This document shows, in pieces, positions 20,039 through 29,582 of a stretch of DNA of 64,000 nt. A program made the position numbers and the translations under genes. How positions within the stretch are numbered: position 1 is the stretch's first letter; every line of letters begins with the position of its first letter. The notes below the pieces were generated by a model. It was not told the origin of the DNA and searched no databases. It saw only the letters and a program-made list of their open reading frames with translations. Origin of the DNA: Minisyncoccota bacterium (GTDB lineage Bacteria; Patescibacteriota; Minisyncoccia; Phycocordibacterales; UBA5272); assembly GCA_041651055.1 (NCBI GenBank), contig JBAZJW010000001.1, positions 691,702 through 755,701 of the forward strand. Direction: 5' to 3'.

Positions 20039-21799
20039 TTATTTCTTATTCCGTATTTCTTCTGTCATCTTCATGAGCAATTCTTCTATTTTCATTTCAC
20101 CGATTTTGCCTTCTGTTCGATGTTCGAGTGTTACGGTATCATTTGCCACTTCAGCGTCTCCGATAACCGCCCAGTAGGGGGTTTTCATTTCACGCGTGTT
20201 ACGAATCTTTTTACCGAGACCTTCTCTACTGTTATCAATTTTCACACGAACATTTACTGCATCGAGTTCTTCATATACTTTCTTCGCATGTTCGTAGTGA
20301 TTATCTGTGATAGGAAGAATCGTAATTTGATTTGGCGATAGCCAAAGAGGGAAGTTGCCTGCAAAGTGTTCTATCATCACACCCATGAAGCGTTCGAGTG
20401 ATCCAGAAATAGCTCGATGTATAACAACAGGTCTTTCCTTTTTTCCTTCTTCATTAATAAATGAAAGATCAAAACGTTCAGGCAGGTTAAAGTCACACTG
20501 TACAGTTGCTAATTGCCATTCGCGTCCGATTGCATCTTTAAACATAAAGTCGAGCTTAGGTCCGTAGAAAGCTGCTTCATCTTTTGCTGGTTTGTATGGA
20601 AGGTTTTGCTTTTCACATACATTAGTAAGTGCTTGTTCTGCATTGTTCCAAACTTCGTCACTTCCTAGATATTTAGAAGTATCATCACCACGAAGAGAAA
20701 GACGAACCCAATAACCATCAATCATGTTCATGGTTGTATAAAATTCTTTGATGATAGAAACAATTGTAGACATCTCCTCTTCAATCTGACTTACTCTACA
20801 GAATAGGTGTCCGTCATCTTGTGTAATGGCTCGTACACGGGTTAGTCCACCGAGCTGTCCTGATTTTTCATCACGATAAATAGTAGCTGGTTCGAAGTAT
20901 CGTATTGGCATATCTCTGTACGAGAACTGGTTATCAGCATAAATTTGCATATGGTGAGGACAGTTCATCGGCTTCATGATGAATTTTTCTTCCTTTCCTT
21001 GTACGCGGAAAAGCTCATCTCCAAATTTTGCCGCATGGCCAGAAGTTTCGTAAAGTGCTTCCTTTGCGATATGTGGAGTCCATACACGAGAGTATCCTTT
21101 TTTAGCATGAAGTGACCAAAGGTAATCTTCTATTTCTTTACGGATAATCATACCGTTTGGCTGCATAAGCGGAAGCCCTGGGCCGATGAGAGATGAGACG
21201 GTAAAGAGTTTGAGCTGTGCCCCCAATATTCTATGATCTCGTTTCTTGGCTTCTTCTTGTTGTGTGATGTATGCATCGAGCTCAGCTTTTCCTTCGAAAG
21301 CAAGACCATAGATACGTGTGAGCATTGGCTTTGTTTCATCGCCGCGCCAGTATGCTCCAGCGATGTGCGTGAGAGCGAATCCATCAAGCGGAATTTCTTC
21401 GGAATTCGAAACATGAGGTCCTTCACAGAGATCGAAGAAATCATCACCCGTTCTATAGATGGTCACGTCTTCACCTTTATCCGCGATGCCGTCGATAAGT
21501 TCTAGCTTGAAAGGGTTAACAGAAAAAAGTGTTCGCGCCTGATCAGGGGACAAAGCTTCTACGGTAAATGGAAGATGTCGCTTGATAATATCTCGCATTG
21601 TATCTTCTACTTTTTTCAAGTCATCCACGCCTATTTTTACACCATCTACAAAGTCTATATCATAGTAAAAGCCGGTCTCAGTCACTGGGCCGATGGTCGG
21701 AAGTGCATGAGGAAAATGATGCTTGATGGCCATCAAAAGAATGTGCGCAAGGGAATGACGCTGTTTGAATAAAGGTGTTTGATCTTGTTTCTGTGACAT
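20039..21799 (-). CDS. thrS: Threonine--tRNA ligase (586 aa, lacks long N-terminal extension)
   Basis: Class II aaRS motifs and ThrRS zinc-site residues; HSLAHILLMAI N-terminal region of the second additional domain. Confidence 0.9.
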   Translation of the reverse strand: MSQKQDQTPLFKQRHSLAHILLMAIKHHFPHALPTIGPVTETGFYYDIDFVDGVKIGVDDLKKVEDTMRDIIKRHLPFTVEALSPDQARTLFSVNPFKLELIDGIADKGEDVTIYRTGDDFFDLCEGPHVSNSEEIPLDGFALTHIAGAYWRGDETKPMLTRIYGLAFEGKAELDAYITQQEEAKKRDHRILGAQLKLFTVSSLIGPGLPLMQPNGMIIRKEIEDYLWSLHAKKGYSRVWTPHIAKEALYETSGHAAKFGDELFRVQGKEEKFIMKPMNCPHHMQIYADNQFSYRDMPIRYFEPATIYRDEKSGQLGGLTRVRAITQDDGHLFCRVSQIEEEMSTIVSIIKEFYTTMNMIDGYWVRLSLRGDDTSKYLGSDEVWNNAEQALTNVCEKQNLPYKPAKDEAAFYGPKLDFMFKDAIGREWQLATVQCDFNLPERFDLSFINEEGKKERPVVIHRAISGSLERFMGVMIEHFAGNFPLWLSPNQITILPITDNHYEHAKKVYEELDAVNVRVKIDNSREGLGKKIRNTREMKTPYWAVIGDAEVANDTVTLEHRTEGKIGEMKIEELLMKMTEEIRNKK

Positions 21800-21932
21800 A
21801 GTCTTTTTATAGTACCAGAAAAAGGAGATAGTAAAAAGTTTCTAAAGTTCATAAAGATAAAAGTCGAAATTCGGGCACCGTCAGAATTCCTTTATGAACC
21901 TTACAACGTTATGAACTTTCAGACTCTTGTCC

Positions 21933-21960
21933 TTGACATAGTGGGTAGGTTTTGTACTAT
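21933..21960 (+). promoter_or_regulatory. Promoter TTGACA-N16-TACTAT upstream of lemA
   Basis: -35 21933..21938, -10 21955..21960. Confidence 0.5.
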
Positions 21961-22032
21961 GAAGTAACCTGCTAGAGGGAATATGACAAGAACACAGAAA
22001 TGAGAATCTAGCAACTAACCCTAACCTAAACT

Positions 22033-22593
22033 ATGACACCACTTTATATTGTTATTGGAATACTTGTTGTGCTCTTACTTGTTGTTGTTGGCATCTATAA
22101 CGGCCTTGTTACATCGCGCATGCGTGTGCGTGAAGCATGGTCAGATATCGACGTACAAATGAAGCGTCGTTTCGACCTTATTCCTAACCTTATTAACACA
22201 GTGAAGGGTTCGACGAATTTCGAAAGCTCTACGCTCGAGAAAGTGATTGAAGCTAGAACAAAAGGCCTACAAGCAAGCACACCTTCTCAGGTAGGTGAGG
22301 CTGATGTTGCTATGCGTGGGGCACTCACAGGATTCTTTGCTCTTGCAGAAAGTTATCCAGATTTGAAATCGAACCAAAACTTCATTGCACTTCAATCTGA
22401 GCTTTCAGATACAGAAAATAAAATACAAGCAGCACGTCGTTTCTATAACAGTGTTGTCACTGAGTACAATACAAAGATAGCAACTGTTCCTGCGAACATC
22501 TTTGCGAATATGTTTTCTTTCACAGCATCAGAATTCTTTGAATTAGAAGCTGGTGAAGAAGCTGCGCGCAAACCCGTCGAAGTAAAGTTTTAG
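22033..22593 (+). CDS. lemA: LemA family membrane protein
   Basis: N-terminal TM + RMRVREAWSDIDVQMKRRFDLIPNL, a LemA hallmark. Confidence 0.85.
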   Translation: MTPLYIVIGILVVLLLVVVGIYNGLVTSRMRVREAWSDIDVQMKRRFDLIPNLINTVKGSTNFESSTLEKVIEARTKGLQASTPSQVGEADVAMRGALTGFFALAESYPDLKSNQNFIALQSELSDTENKIQAARRFYNSVVTEYNTKIATVPANIFANMFSFTASEFFELEAGEEAARKPVEVKF

Positions 22594-22664
22594 TTTTTAT
22601 GGTGGATATGTGGATTTTGTATTTTCAAAACTCCTAACCCCTAACTGTTAGCTCCTAACGACTT

Positions 22665-23576
22665 ATGGCCTCCTTCTACACAAAACAATCTTCAAACATA
22701 CGAAAGACATGGTTCCTTATGACAGGATTTTTGCTTGGAATAATTCTGCTTGGTTTTATTCTTTCGTATCTCTACGGAAATCCGAACATTTTGTACGCGG
22801 CGTTTGTCGTCAGTATTTTGCTTAATGTTTTTGCGTATTGGTTTTCAGATCGTGTTGTACTTTCGATGGCTCATGCTACACGTATCGAATCCCATGATCA
22901 GTATCCAGACTTGTGGAACACGATGGAGAATCTTTGTATTACTGCCGGACTTCCAATGCCGGCGCTCTATATTGTGGACGACCCAGCACCGAATGCTTTT
23001 GCAACAGGAAGAAACAAAGATCATGCAGTGGTCGCAGTAACAACAGGTCTTTTACCATTGCTTACGAAGTCAGAGCTTGAAGGAGTGCTTGCTCATGAAC
23101 TCGCGCACATAGGGAATCGCGACATGCTTGTCCAGACCGTCATCGTCGTGTTTGCAGGGCTTATTTCTTTTGTGGCAGATTTTGCTCTTCGTGCTTCTAT
23201 GTTTGGCGGAGGGTCTGATGAAAAGAAGAATCCTCTCGTTATGATTCTTGGTATTATTGCGATTCTCTTGGCTCCACTTGCAGCTATGGTTATTAAGCTC
23301 GCCGTTTCTCGTGAGCGAGAATTTTTGGCAGATGCAACCGGTGCGCTCATTACACGATATCCAGAAGGGTTAGCCTCTGCGCTCGAAAAGATAAGTAATT
23401 TCCATCAGCCGATGCGAGTGCAACACAACGCTATCGCGCATTTATTTATTTCTGATCCATCTGGATCAAACGATGAATCAGAAATTCGAGAACACGAGAA
23501 TGTTTCATGGATTGCAAAACTCTTCATGACACATCCGCCAGTTAAAGAACGAATAGCAAGACTTATCGCGCGTTAG
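22665..23576 (+). CDS. htpX: HtpX-like M48 zinc metalloprotease
   Basis: HELAHIGNRD (HExxH) with flanking TM helices; 303 aa. Confidence 0.85.
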   Translation: MASFYTKQSSNIRKTWFLMTGFLLGIILLGFILSYLYGNPNILYAAFVVSILLNVFAYWFSDRVVLSMAHATRIESHDQYPDLWNTMENLCITAGLPMPALYIVDDPAPNAFATGRNKDHAVVAVTTGLLPLLTKSELEGVLAHELAHIGNRDMLVQTVIVVFAGLISFVADFALRASMFGGGSDEKKNPLVMILGIIAILLAPLAAMVIKLAVSREREFLADATGALITRYPEGLASALEKISNFHQPMRVQHNAIAHLFISDPSGSNDESEIREHENVSWIAKLFMTHPPVKERIARLIAR

Positions 23577-23603
23577 TTTTATTGATATACTCATAATCAT
23601 TAT

Positions 23604-24173
23604 ATGAAAACAACAACAATTATTTGGGGAAGTGTTATTGGGCTTGCACTTATTATTTCTTTGTGGGGATTTTCGACATACAATTCACTTGTAAAAGCAA
23701 ATCTTGCAGTTGATACACAATGGGCACAAGTTGAAGCTCAGTACCAAAGGAGATTTGATTTAATTCCAAGTTTAGTTGCATCAGTGCAAGGTATTTTTGA
23801 TCAAGAAAAAAGTGTTTTTGGAGATATTGCTAAAGCTCGTCAGGGATATGCCGGAGCTAAGACAGTAGATGAGAAGGCACAAGCAGCATCTCAAATGGAA
23901 GGAGCACTAGGGAGACTTCTTGTGATTACAGAAAATTATCCTCAACTTGCTTCGAGTCAGACAGTACAGAATCTCATGACTCAATTAGAAGGAACAGAGA
24001 ATCGCGTTTCTACAGAACGTGGACGTTTCAACGAATCTGTTAGTACATTGAATGCGAAAGTTCTATCTTTCCCTACAAATATTTTTAGTAAAATGTTTGG
24101 TTTTAATGCACGCACCTTCTTTAAGGCAACAGAACAAGCGTCAGTTGCTCCCGTTGTTGAATTTAAGAAATAG
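23604..24173 (+). CDS. lemA: LemA family membrane protein (second copy)
   Basis: TQWAQVEAQYQRRFDLIPSL; same architecture as 22033..22593. Confidence 0.85.
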   Translation: MKTTTIIWGSVIGLALIISLWGFSTYNSLVKANLAVDTQWAQVEAQYQRRFDLIPSLVASVQGIFDQEKSVFGDIAKARQGYAGAKTVDEKAQAASQMEGALGRLLVITENYPQLASSQTVQNLMTQLEGTENRVSTERGRFNESVSTLNAKVLSFPTNIFSKMFGFNARTFFKATEQASVAPVVEFKK

Positions 24174-24176
24174 TAT

Positions 24177-25067
24177 ATGCGATGGCTGCTCGTTGCTTGT
24201 CTGAGTGCTCTTGTTTTTACGAGTACTGCTTTTGCTTTTGATGCGCCTTCAAAACCTACAGGGTATGTGAATGATTACGCGGGCATCCTTTCGGTAGAGA
24301 CAAAGCAAGGGCTTGAAAAAGAACTTACTTTATTTACAGCAAGTACAACTAATGAAATTGCTGTAGTTACGGTTCCGGATCTTGGGGGAATTACTATCGA
24401 AGAATACGCAATCAAGATTTTTGATGCGTGGAAAATAGGAAAAGAAAAACAAGATAACGGTGTACTTTTTTTGATAGCCCCAAACGACAGAACGGCTCGC
24501 ATAGAGGTTGGGTATGGTTTAGAAGGTGCACTTCCAGATATCCTTGCTAAGGATATTTTGAACACAAAAGTTTTTCCTGAATTCAAAAATGGCAATTACA
24601 ATCTTGGCATCTTGCAGGGGGTGAAAGCTATCGCAGAAGCAACAAAAGGTGAGTATTCTCCTGTTGGAACAAATAAGAACTCGTCAGGAAATTCTAACCT
24701 GTCAGGTATTGCTATTTTTATTATCATTATCTTTCAGTTTTTTTCAGCATTGTTTGCGAGAAGTAAATCATGGTGGGCTGGTGCTATAGCGGGAGGGCTT
24801 CTCAGTGGCGGCATTGTATATTTTTTTGGATATATATTTGGTGTTACTTTTATTGTCGGTGTTGGGGTTGTCGTTGTTTCAATCTTTTTAGGAGCGCTGT
24901 TTGATTACATTGTTTCATCTGGTTATCAAAAAGCTAAGCTTCAAGGTTCTTCGGTTCCTTGGTGGGCAGGAGGTGGGTCCGGATCTTCATCGAGTTCCAG
25001 CGGCGGGTCATTTGGTGGCTTTGGAGGGGGCTCCTCCGGTGGAGGGGGCGCGAGTGGCAGCTGGTAA
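24177..25067 (+). CDS. TPM-domain (YgcG-like) protein with C-terminal TM helices and Gly/Ser-rich tail
   Basis: Signal peptide, TPM phosphatase-like domain (DYAGILS...IAVVTVPDLGG...LFLIAPNDRTARIEVGYGLEG), TM segments, GGSGSSSSSSGGSFGGFGGG tail. Confidence 0.8.
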   Translation: MRWLLVACLSALVFTSTAFAFDAPSKPTGYVNDYAGILSVETKQGLEKELTLFTASTTNEIAVVTVPDLGGITIEEYAIKIFDAWKIGKEKQDNGVLFLIAPNDRTARIEVGYGLEGALPDILAKDILNTKVFPEFKNGNYNLGILQGVKAIAEATKGEYSPVGTNKNSSGNSNLSGIAIFIIIIFQFFSALFARSKSWWAGAIAGGLLSGGIVYFFGYIFGVTFIVGVGVVVVSIFLGALFDYIVSSGYQKAKLQGSSVPWWAGGGSGSSSSSSGGSFGGFGGGSSGGGGASGSW

Positions 25068-25119
25068 AATGTCGGATTTTTAATTAATAAATTCATATCT
25101 AAAAATATGATAGAATAAT

Positions 25120-25150
25120 CACGGCGCACACAGTGCGCCGTGATTATTGT
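25120..25150 (+). terminator. Terminator-like hairpin after the TPM gene
   Basis: CACGGCGCA-CACAG-TGCGCCGTG followed by ATTATTGTT. Confidence 0.5.
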
Positions 25151-25153
25151 TAT

Positions 25154-25186
25154 GGAGGCGTCGGATAGTGGTTTATTGCACCACTT
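25154..25186 (+). pseudogene. 5' fragment (~33 nt) of a tRNA-Ser-like gene
   Basis: GGAGGCGTCGGATAGTGGTTTATTGCACCAC versus the intact GGAGGCGTCGCATAGTGGTCTAGTGCACTACC 115 bp downstream. Confidence 0.55.
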
Positions 25187-25268
25187 TGTTCCCGATTTTT
25201 TAAGTTGTACTCAACTTGTTAAAATCGCAATCCAGAAAAAAGTAAAATAATTGTATTGTTTTTAATGC

Positions 25269-25355
25269 GGAGGCGTCGCATAGTGGTCTAGTGCACTACC
25301 TTGGAAAGGTAGCAACGGGGTAACCTGTTCGAGAGTTCAAATCTCTCCGCCTCCG
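25269..25355 (+). tRNA. tRNA-Ser (anticodon GGA), long variable arm, discriminator G
   Basis: Hand fold: acceptor GGAGGCG/CGCCTCC, 3-bp D-stem with GG loop, anticodon stem CTACC/GGTAG with loop TTGGAAA, variable arm about 17 nt, T-arm GAGAG-TTCAAAT-CTCTC. Confidence 0.7.
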
Positions 25356-25384
25356 CTTTGAAAACAATCTGTTCTACTTTTTTT

Positions 25385-25441
25385 CGGAGAAAGGTAGCAA
25401 CGGGGTAACCTGTTCGAGAGTTCAAATCTCTCCGCCTCCGC
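25385..25441 (+). repeat. Direct duplicate of the 3' half of tRNA-Ser(GGA), starting inside the anticodon loop
   Basis: GGAGAAAGGTAGCAACGGGGTAACCTGTTCGAGAGTTCAAATCTCTCCGCCTCCGC is identical to the tRNA from the anticodon stem 3' strand to the 3' end. Confidence 0.75.
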
Positions 25442-25449
25442 AAAATCGC

Positions 25450-25636
25450 GAGCGTACTCGCGACCAGATTTTGCTAGTGCATTTCAAGGAGCGTACTCGC
25501 GACTATGAATATGCCTCCGCAAACAAATATAAAAAGACTACTAAAATCAGAAGTTTATTTTGTGTGAGCGTACTCGCGACCAGATTTTGCTAGTGCATTT
25601 CAAGGAGCGTACTCGCGACTATGAATATGCCTCCGC
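25450..25636 (+). repeat. Two 71-bp tandem units (period 116 bp), each ending in tRNA-acceptor-like GCCTCCGC
   Basis: Unit gagcgtactcgcgaccagattttgctagtgcatttcaaggagcgtactcgcgactatgaatatgcctccgc at 25450..25520 and again at 25566..25636; internal 15-mer gagcgtactcgcgac twice per unit. Confidence 0.8.
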
Positions 25637-25663
25637 TCTGAAAAGAATCAATTTACTTTGTGT

Positions 25664-25747
25664 CGGAGAAAGGTGATAAGGTGAAAGCCTTCACGGGTTC
25701 GAATCCCGCACCCTCTGCTTTGCTCGGGAGAAAGGTAGTAATAGGCG
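25664..25747 (+). repeat. Two further anticodon-loop-to-3'-end tRNA fragments (a different Ser/Leu-type tRNA, then a diverged copy)
   Basis: CGGAGAAAGGTGATAAGGTGAAAGCCTTCACGGGTTCGAATCCCGCACCCTCTGC, then CGGGAGAAAGGTAGTAATAGGCG; all fragments begin with the same GGAGAAAGG junction. Confidence 0.6.
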
Positions 25748-25829
25748 ATTTTTAAGCGTAAAAATCGCGTCGAAATTAGCAAATTTCGACGTAAATAAAT
25801 CGCACTGTCTCCTTTAAAAATAACCCTTC

Positions 25830-26420
25830 CTAATTCCCCTCAGAAATTTTAGCTTTAAAAAATTCTTCGATATCAATCTCATACCACTCTTTCGGAATTT
25901 TTTCTCTAAACCAAATACTTCGTTCGTAGTCATCGAGTTCTGTTGCGATGACCCATGTCAGAATAACGACAAAGACTATACAAAAAACAGACGCTCCTCC
26001 TATAATGAGATTTTCATAATTAAAGAGCATTGAGAGAATTATTAATATACATGATGGTGCTCCAACTAAAATATGCATCATAATAGGTATCTGCTCATCA
26101 CGATAAAGAAGAAATGTTTCAAGATCCTTCCGTAAAACACATTTTGAAATAATTTTATATTCTTTAAAGACTGACTCTACAGCAATACTTGCGAATATGA
26201 CATAAATGAAAGCAACAAGAGGCATAATCATGAAGAGGATTGGATTTTCTGCTTCTTTACTAAACATAAGACCATTTTGAATAAAAACATATTTCCAGAT
26301 GCCAACCATAATAATCCCAGCCACAATAGGCTTGAGGATAATAGGAAGATGTCGTTTCAGTGTATTCCAGTTCCTGTTCCAAGGAATGTAATTTCTTTTT
26401 CTAACGATTGTTGTTTCCAT
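25830..26420 (-). CDS. Hypothetical 4-TM membrane protein
   Basis: 196 aa, four hydrophobic helices, no known motif; first gene after the tRNA-Ser repeat scar. Confidence 0.5.
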   Translation of the reverse strand: METTIVRKRNYIPWNRNWNTLKRHLPIILKPIVAGIIMVGIWKYVFIQNGLMFSKEAENPILFMIMPLVAFIYVIFASIAVESVFKEYKIISKCVLRKDLETFLLYRDEQIPIMMHILVGAPSCILIILSMLFNYENLIIGGASVFCIVFVVILTWVIATELDDYERSIWFREKIPKEWYEIDIEEFFKAKISEGN

Positions 26421-26565
26421 GATAGTTGAATACTATTCTTCTCTAGAGCGCTAGTCAATAGAGCGTAATCTGGGCTGGACTCTGTTATGTGGTTATTTTC
26501 TTGTTGTCGAAAAAAGTGCGCAATTTGAAAATTACTAGACATCTAGTGCTATACTAAACTTAACT

Positions 26566-28611
26566 ATGCAAGAAAAGATTTCTTCGTTTTTACGTATCAA
26601 ATGGGCCCTTCTTCTGTATACAGGTGTTAGTATTGTTTGTGCACTTTCTCTTTCTTTCTATGCACAAGATGTCGGCCTTCGTCTATTTGATTTTGTTGCA
26701 CAAAACCAAGAAAAGAAATTAATAACCTATTTACGTACCGAAGGGGATTCAATTATAGAAAAAGTATCCACATTCAGTGCGAGAGATGATGTTAAAGAGT
26801 CTTTGCGTCAGAAAGATGTATCAAGACTTACAGAACTTTTGGAACAAGCAAAGATATCCACGGGACTTATGGCCTTCACAGCGGCAGATGCTCAAGGTGT
26901 TGCATTATCTCGTTTTCCCGTAAAAGCAAACCTTGGGGATAATGTGTTTCTTACACTTCCGATCGGGAGAATCGCTTCACAAGGGGCGACAGCTATTACC
27001 TATGGTCCAGGAAGAAACTTTTCTTTAACCATGGCGTCAGGCCATTTGGTTCAAGACAAAGGAATTCTTCTCGGTGCAGTTTTTGGAGGACATTGGTTCA
27101 ATAGTTCTTATGCAAAAGCTTTCAAAACAAATTATCTGAGCTCTTTTTTGAAACAAGAAGTCATTTTTTATTCGAAAGAAGAAGGAATGACCGGGAGTAG
27201 TTTTGAGAGTATAGATGTTCAAAATAAGCTCAGTACATACGTGACACATGCCTCACCACTTATTCAGGAGGGGAGATCGGGAGACTTGATAAACATTAAT
27301 GGAAAGGATTATATAGTGACGAACCATCTTCTTTCTGGAGGCGAAGAAGTGTATGGAGGAATTCTCTTGCTCACTCCTTTACCAAAGACTCTTTTGTTTA
27401 GAAGTTTAGTTATGTCTTTTGTGCTAACACTCCTTTTCCTCATCAGTCTTCTTCTTGTTGAAAAAGTTACCGTGCCAGAACTTTTACGGTTTAAGAAAAA
27501 GCACTTATATTGGCTTCTCCTTATTCTTTCATTGATTGTTTTAGTTACGTTGTGGATGGGGATATATCTTCACGGAAAGTCAGCAACGATGCAATTGGAT
27601 AAGCCAAAGTTTGCCATATATAATTCAACTATAAAGTTACGACCTGAGGCCGGGGTGTACACCATGGGGCATACACAACAGGTTTCTATTGTTGTTTCTT
27701 CTGGTGGGGAAGAGATAAATGCTGTGAAGGTTGGTTTACATTTTAATCCAAAAGTAATTCATGTCGACTCAGTTTCTTTTGATCGATCGATTTGTACACC
27801 AGAAACAATTATTGAGAACAATATTGATAATACAGAAGGAACTATTTCAGTTTCTTGCGTCATCACAGAAAAAGTATTCTCGGATATACGAGGGGTTGTC
27901 GCTGATATTAATTTTACACCAGTCAAATTTGGCGACGCAGCTATTACCTTTACTGACGATACTCACGTGCTTGCTGCAGACGGGCTCGGCACAGAAGTTC
28001 TTCGTTCGATGACGTCTGGTTTTTATAGAGTTTTTGATGATAAAGATTTAGAGGATTCTTTTTCTAAAAATACGCTTATCATTCCCTACTCTCCTACGCA
28101 TGAAAATAGTTCTAGATGGTATAGTAGCAACAACATAACCGTAGCGTGGCCAAAAGTAGAAGGAGCAGACTATCTCTATGAATTTTCAGAAGATGCAACG
28201 ACGACATTCAGTAATCCAAAGAAGATACATGCCAATGAAATTAAAATAGTGGCCCCTCATGATGGTGTATATTATTTTAAACTTGCAGCAAAGAAGGGTG
28301 ATGTCGAAGGTCTTATATCGCGTCTTAAGATTAAGATAGATACAACAGCTCCAGGTATTCCTTTGATTAAGGTAAGTAATCTTTCTGTCATAAAAGATAA
28401 TGTTGTACGTTTTGAATTAAGTTCAGATGACGAGTCTAGTGGTTTGCAAAAGAATTTTTATGTACAGGTTGATGGTAGTGTTTGGTTGCCGTCATTTGCG
28501 AAGTTATATATGCCTTTCCATGATAAAGGTAGTCACATTGTAGGGGTGAGAGTCTTTGATAATGCGGAAAACTATTCTGAGTCGGAAGTGAGAATTCGTG
28601 TTAAAAATTAA
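26566..28611 (+). CDS. Large membrane protein with N-terminal sensor-like extracytoplasmic domain and C-terminal beta-sandwich (Ig/Fn3-like) repeats
   Basis: TM1, about 250-aa domain, TM2-3, then 340-aa beta-rich region; no catalytic motif recognised. Confidence 0.55.
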   Translation: MQEKISSFLRIKWALLLYTGVSIVCALSLSFYAQDVGLRLFDFVAQNQEKKLITYLRTEGDSIIEKVSTFSARDDVKESLRQKDVSRLTELLEQAKISTGLMAFTAADAQGVALSRFPVKANLGDNVFLTLPIGRIASQGATAITYGPGRNFSLTMASGHLVQDKGILLGAVFGGHWFNSSYAKAFKTNYLSSFLKQEVIFYSKEEGMTGSSFESIDVQNKLSTYVTHASPLIQEGRSGDLININGKDYIVTNHLLSGGEEVYGGILLLTPLPKTLLFRSLVMSFVLTLLFLISLLLVEKVTVPELLRFKKKHLYWLLLILSLIVLVTLWMGIYLHGKSATMQLDKPKFAIYNSTIKLRPEAGVYTMGHTQQVSIVVSSGGEEINAVKVGLHFNPKVIHVDSVSFDRSICTPETIIENNIDNTEGTISVSCVITEKVFSDIRGVVADINFTPVKFGDAAITFTDDTHVLAADGLGTEVLRSMTSGFYRVFDDKDLEDSFSKNTLIIPYSPTHENSSRWYSSNNITVAWPKVEGADYLYEFSEDATTTFSNPKKIHANEIKIVAPHDGVYYFKLAAKKGDVEGLISRLKIKIDTTAPGIPLIKVSNLSVIKDNVVRFELSSDDESSGLQKNFYVQVDGSVWLPSFAKLYMPFHDKGSHIVGVRVFDNAENYSESEVRIRVKN

Positions 28612-28898
28612 TGATCGCTCCATCATTTAAAGAGAGGGTTCTTACTATTGTCAGGGAAATTCCCAAGGGAAGAGTCCTTTCGTATGGTGAGGTAGCGAAG
28701 TGTGCTGGTAGTCCTCAGGCTTTTCGTGCTGTGGGGACGGTGTTGGCAAAAAATGAGGATGTATCGGTGCCGTGTCATCGTGTTATACGATCTGATGGGC
28801 ATGCTGGTACCTATAATGGATTACAAGGAAAGAGTAAAGAAGCTGTTTTGCGTAGTGAAGGGGTAATCTTTGATAAAAATAATAAGGTGGTAGTATAG
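28611..28898 (+). CDS. MGMT-family DNA-binding domain protein (O6-alkylguanine-DNA alkyltransferase C-terminal domain only)
   Basis: VPCHRVIRSDG contains the PCHR active-site signature; 95 aa. Confidence 0.75.
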   Translation: MIAPSFKERVLTIVREIPKGRVLSYGEVAKCAGSPQAFRAVGTVLAKNEDVSVPCHRVIRSDGHAGTYNGLQGKSKEAVLRSEGVIFDKNNKVVV

Positions 28899-28902
28899 GT
28901 AG

Positions 28903-29373
28903 ATGAAAATTGCTGTCCTTGATAACCTCCGCTCTGTGCACAATGTCGGTTCTATTTTTAGAACTTGTAATGCTGTTGGAATAGAAAAGATATATTTGTG
29001 TGGTACGACACCGACTCCTTTAGATAAAAAGGGGGGCAGAAGAAAAGATTTTGCAAAGGTGGCGCTTGGTGCGGAAGATACTGTCCTCTGGGAATATATC
29101 GAGAGCACTGCTTCATGTATTGATACTCTTAGTGCGACAGGTTTTTACTGTATTGCTCTTGAACAAGCTGACACTTCTGTTGACTATAAAAATGTCGATG
29201 TCACGGGAAAAGAAAATATTGCTTTTATTATTGGGAATGAAGTTGATGGCATTTTGCCAGACGTTGTTTCGAAATGTGACGTGGTTGCAGAAATTCCTAT
29301 GCTTGGCACGAAAGAATCTCTGAATGTTACCATTGCTTTTGGTATCGCGGTGTACAGAATTCTCGGTATTTAG
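28903..29373 (+). CDS. SpoU/TrmH-family RNA 2'-O-methyltransferase (TrmL-sized)
   Basis: SPOUT motifs: N-terminal VHNVGSIFRTCNAVGI, IIGNEVDG, and C-terminal SLNVTIAFGIAVYR; 156 aa. Confidence 0.8.
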   Translation: MKIAVLDNLRSVHNVGSIFRTCNAVGIEKIYLCGTTPTPLDKKGGRRKDFAKVALGAEDTVLWEYIESTASCIDTLSATGFYCIALEQADTSVDYKNVDVTGKENIAFIIGNEVDGILPDVVSKCDVVAEIPMLGTKESLNVTIAFGIAVYRILGI

Positions 29374-29509
29374 ACTCATCTTTGGTATATCGTGTGAAAG
29401 ATCGAGAAAGGATGTGTCGTCTTTTGTTACAGCAACCCAGCTCTCTTTTTTGTAAAGACATTTTCTAAATGAGTGAGTCATTGCATGGCTTTTTCTGTCC
29501 ACCTTTTAC

Positions 29510-29545
29510 TGTTGCGCAACTCCTAAACTAGCAGGATAATGAAAC
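29510..29545 (+). promoter_or_regulatory. Putative promoter TTGCGC-N17-GATAAT upstream of nrdD
   Basis: -35/-10 spacing 17 nt about 45 nt upstream of ATG 29583. Confidence 0.35.
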
Positions 29546-29582
29546 TATAGGGAGGTTATTATTCACGTTATATTTTATTGTC

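Noticed and set aside
25448-25640. Possible mini-CRISPR array (15-bp repeat gagcgtactcgcgac with 24-bp spacers)
   Set aside because: The spacers are identical between units. The pattern is a 116-bp tandem duplication of a 71-bp unit that ends in a tRNA-acceptor-like core. No cas genes are present.
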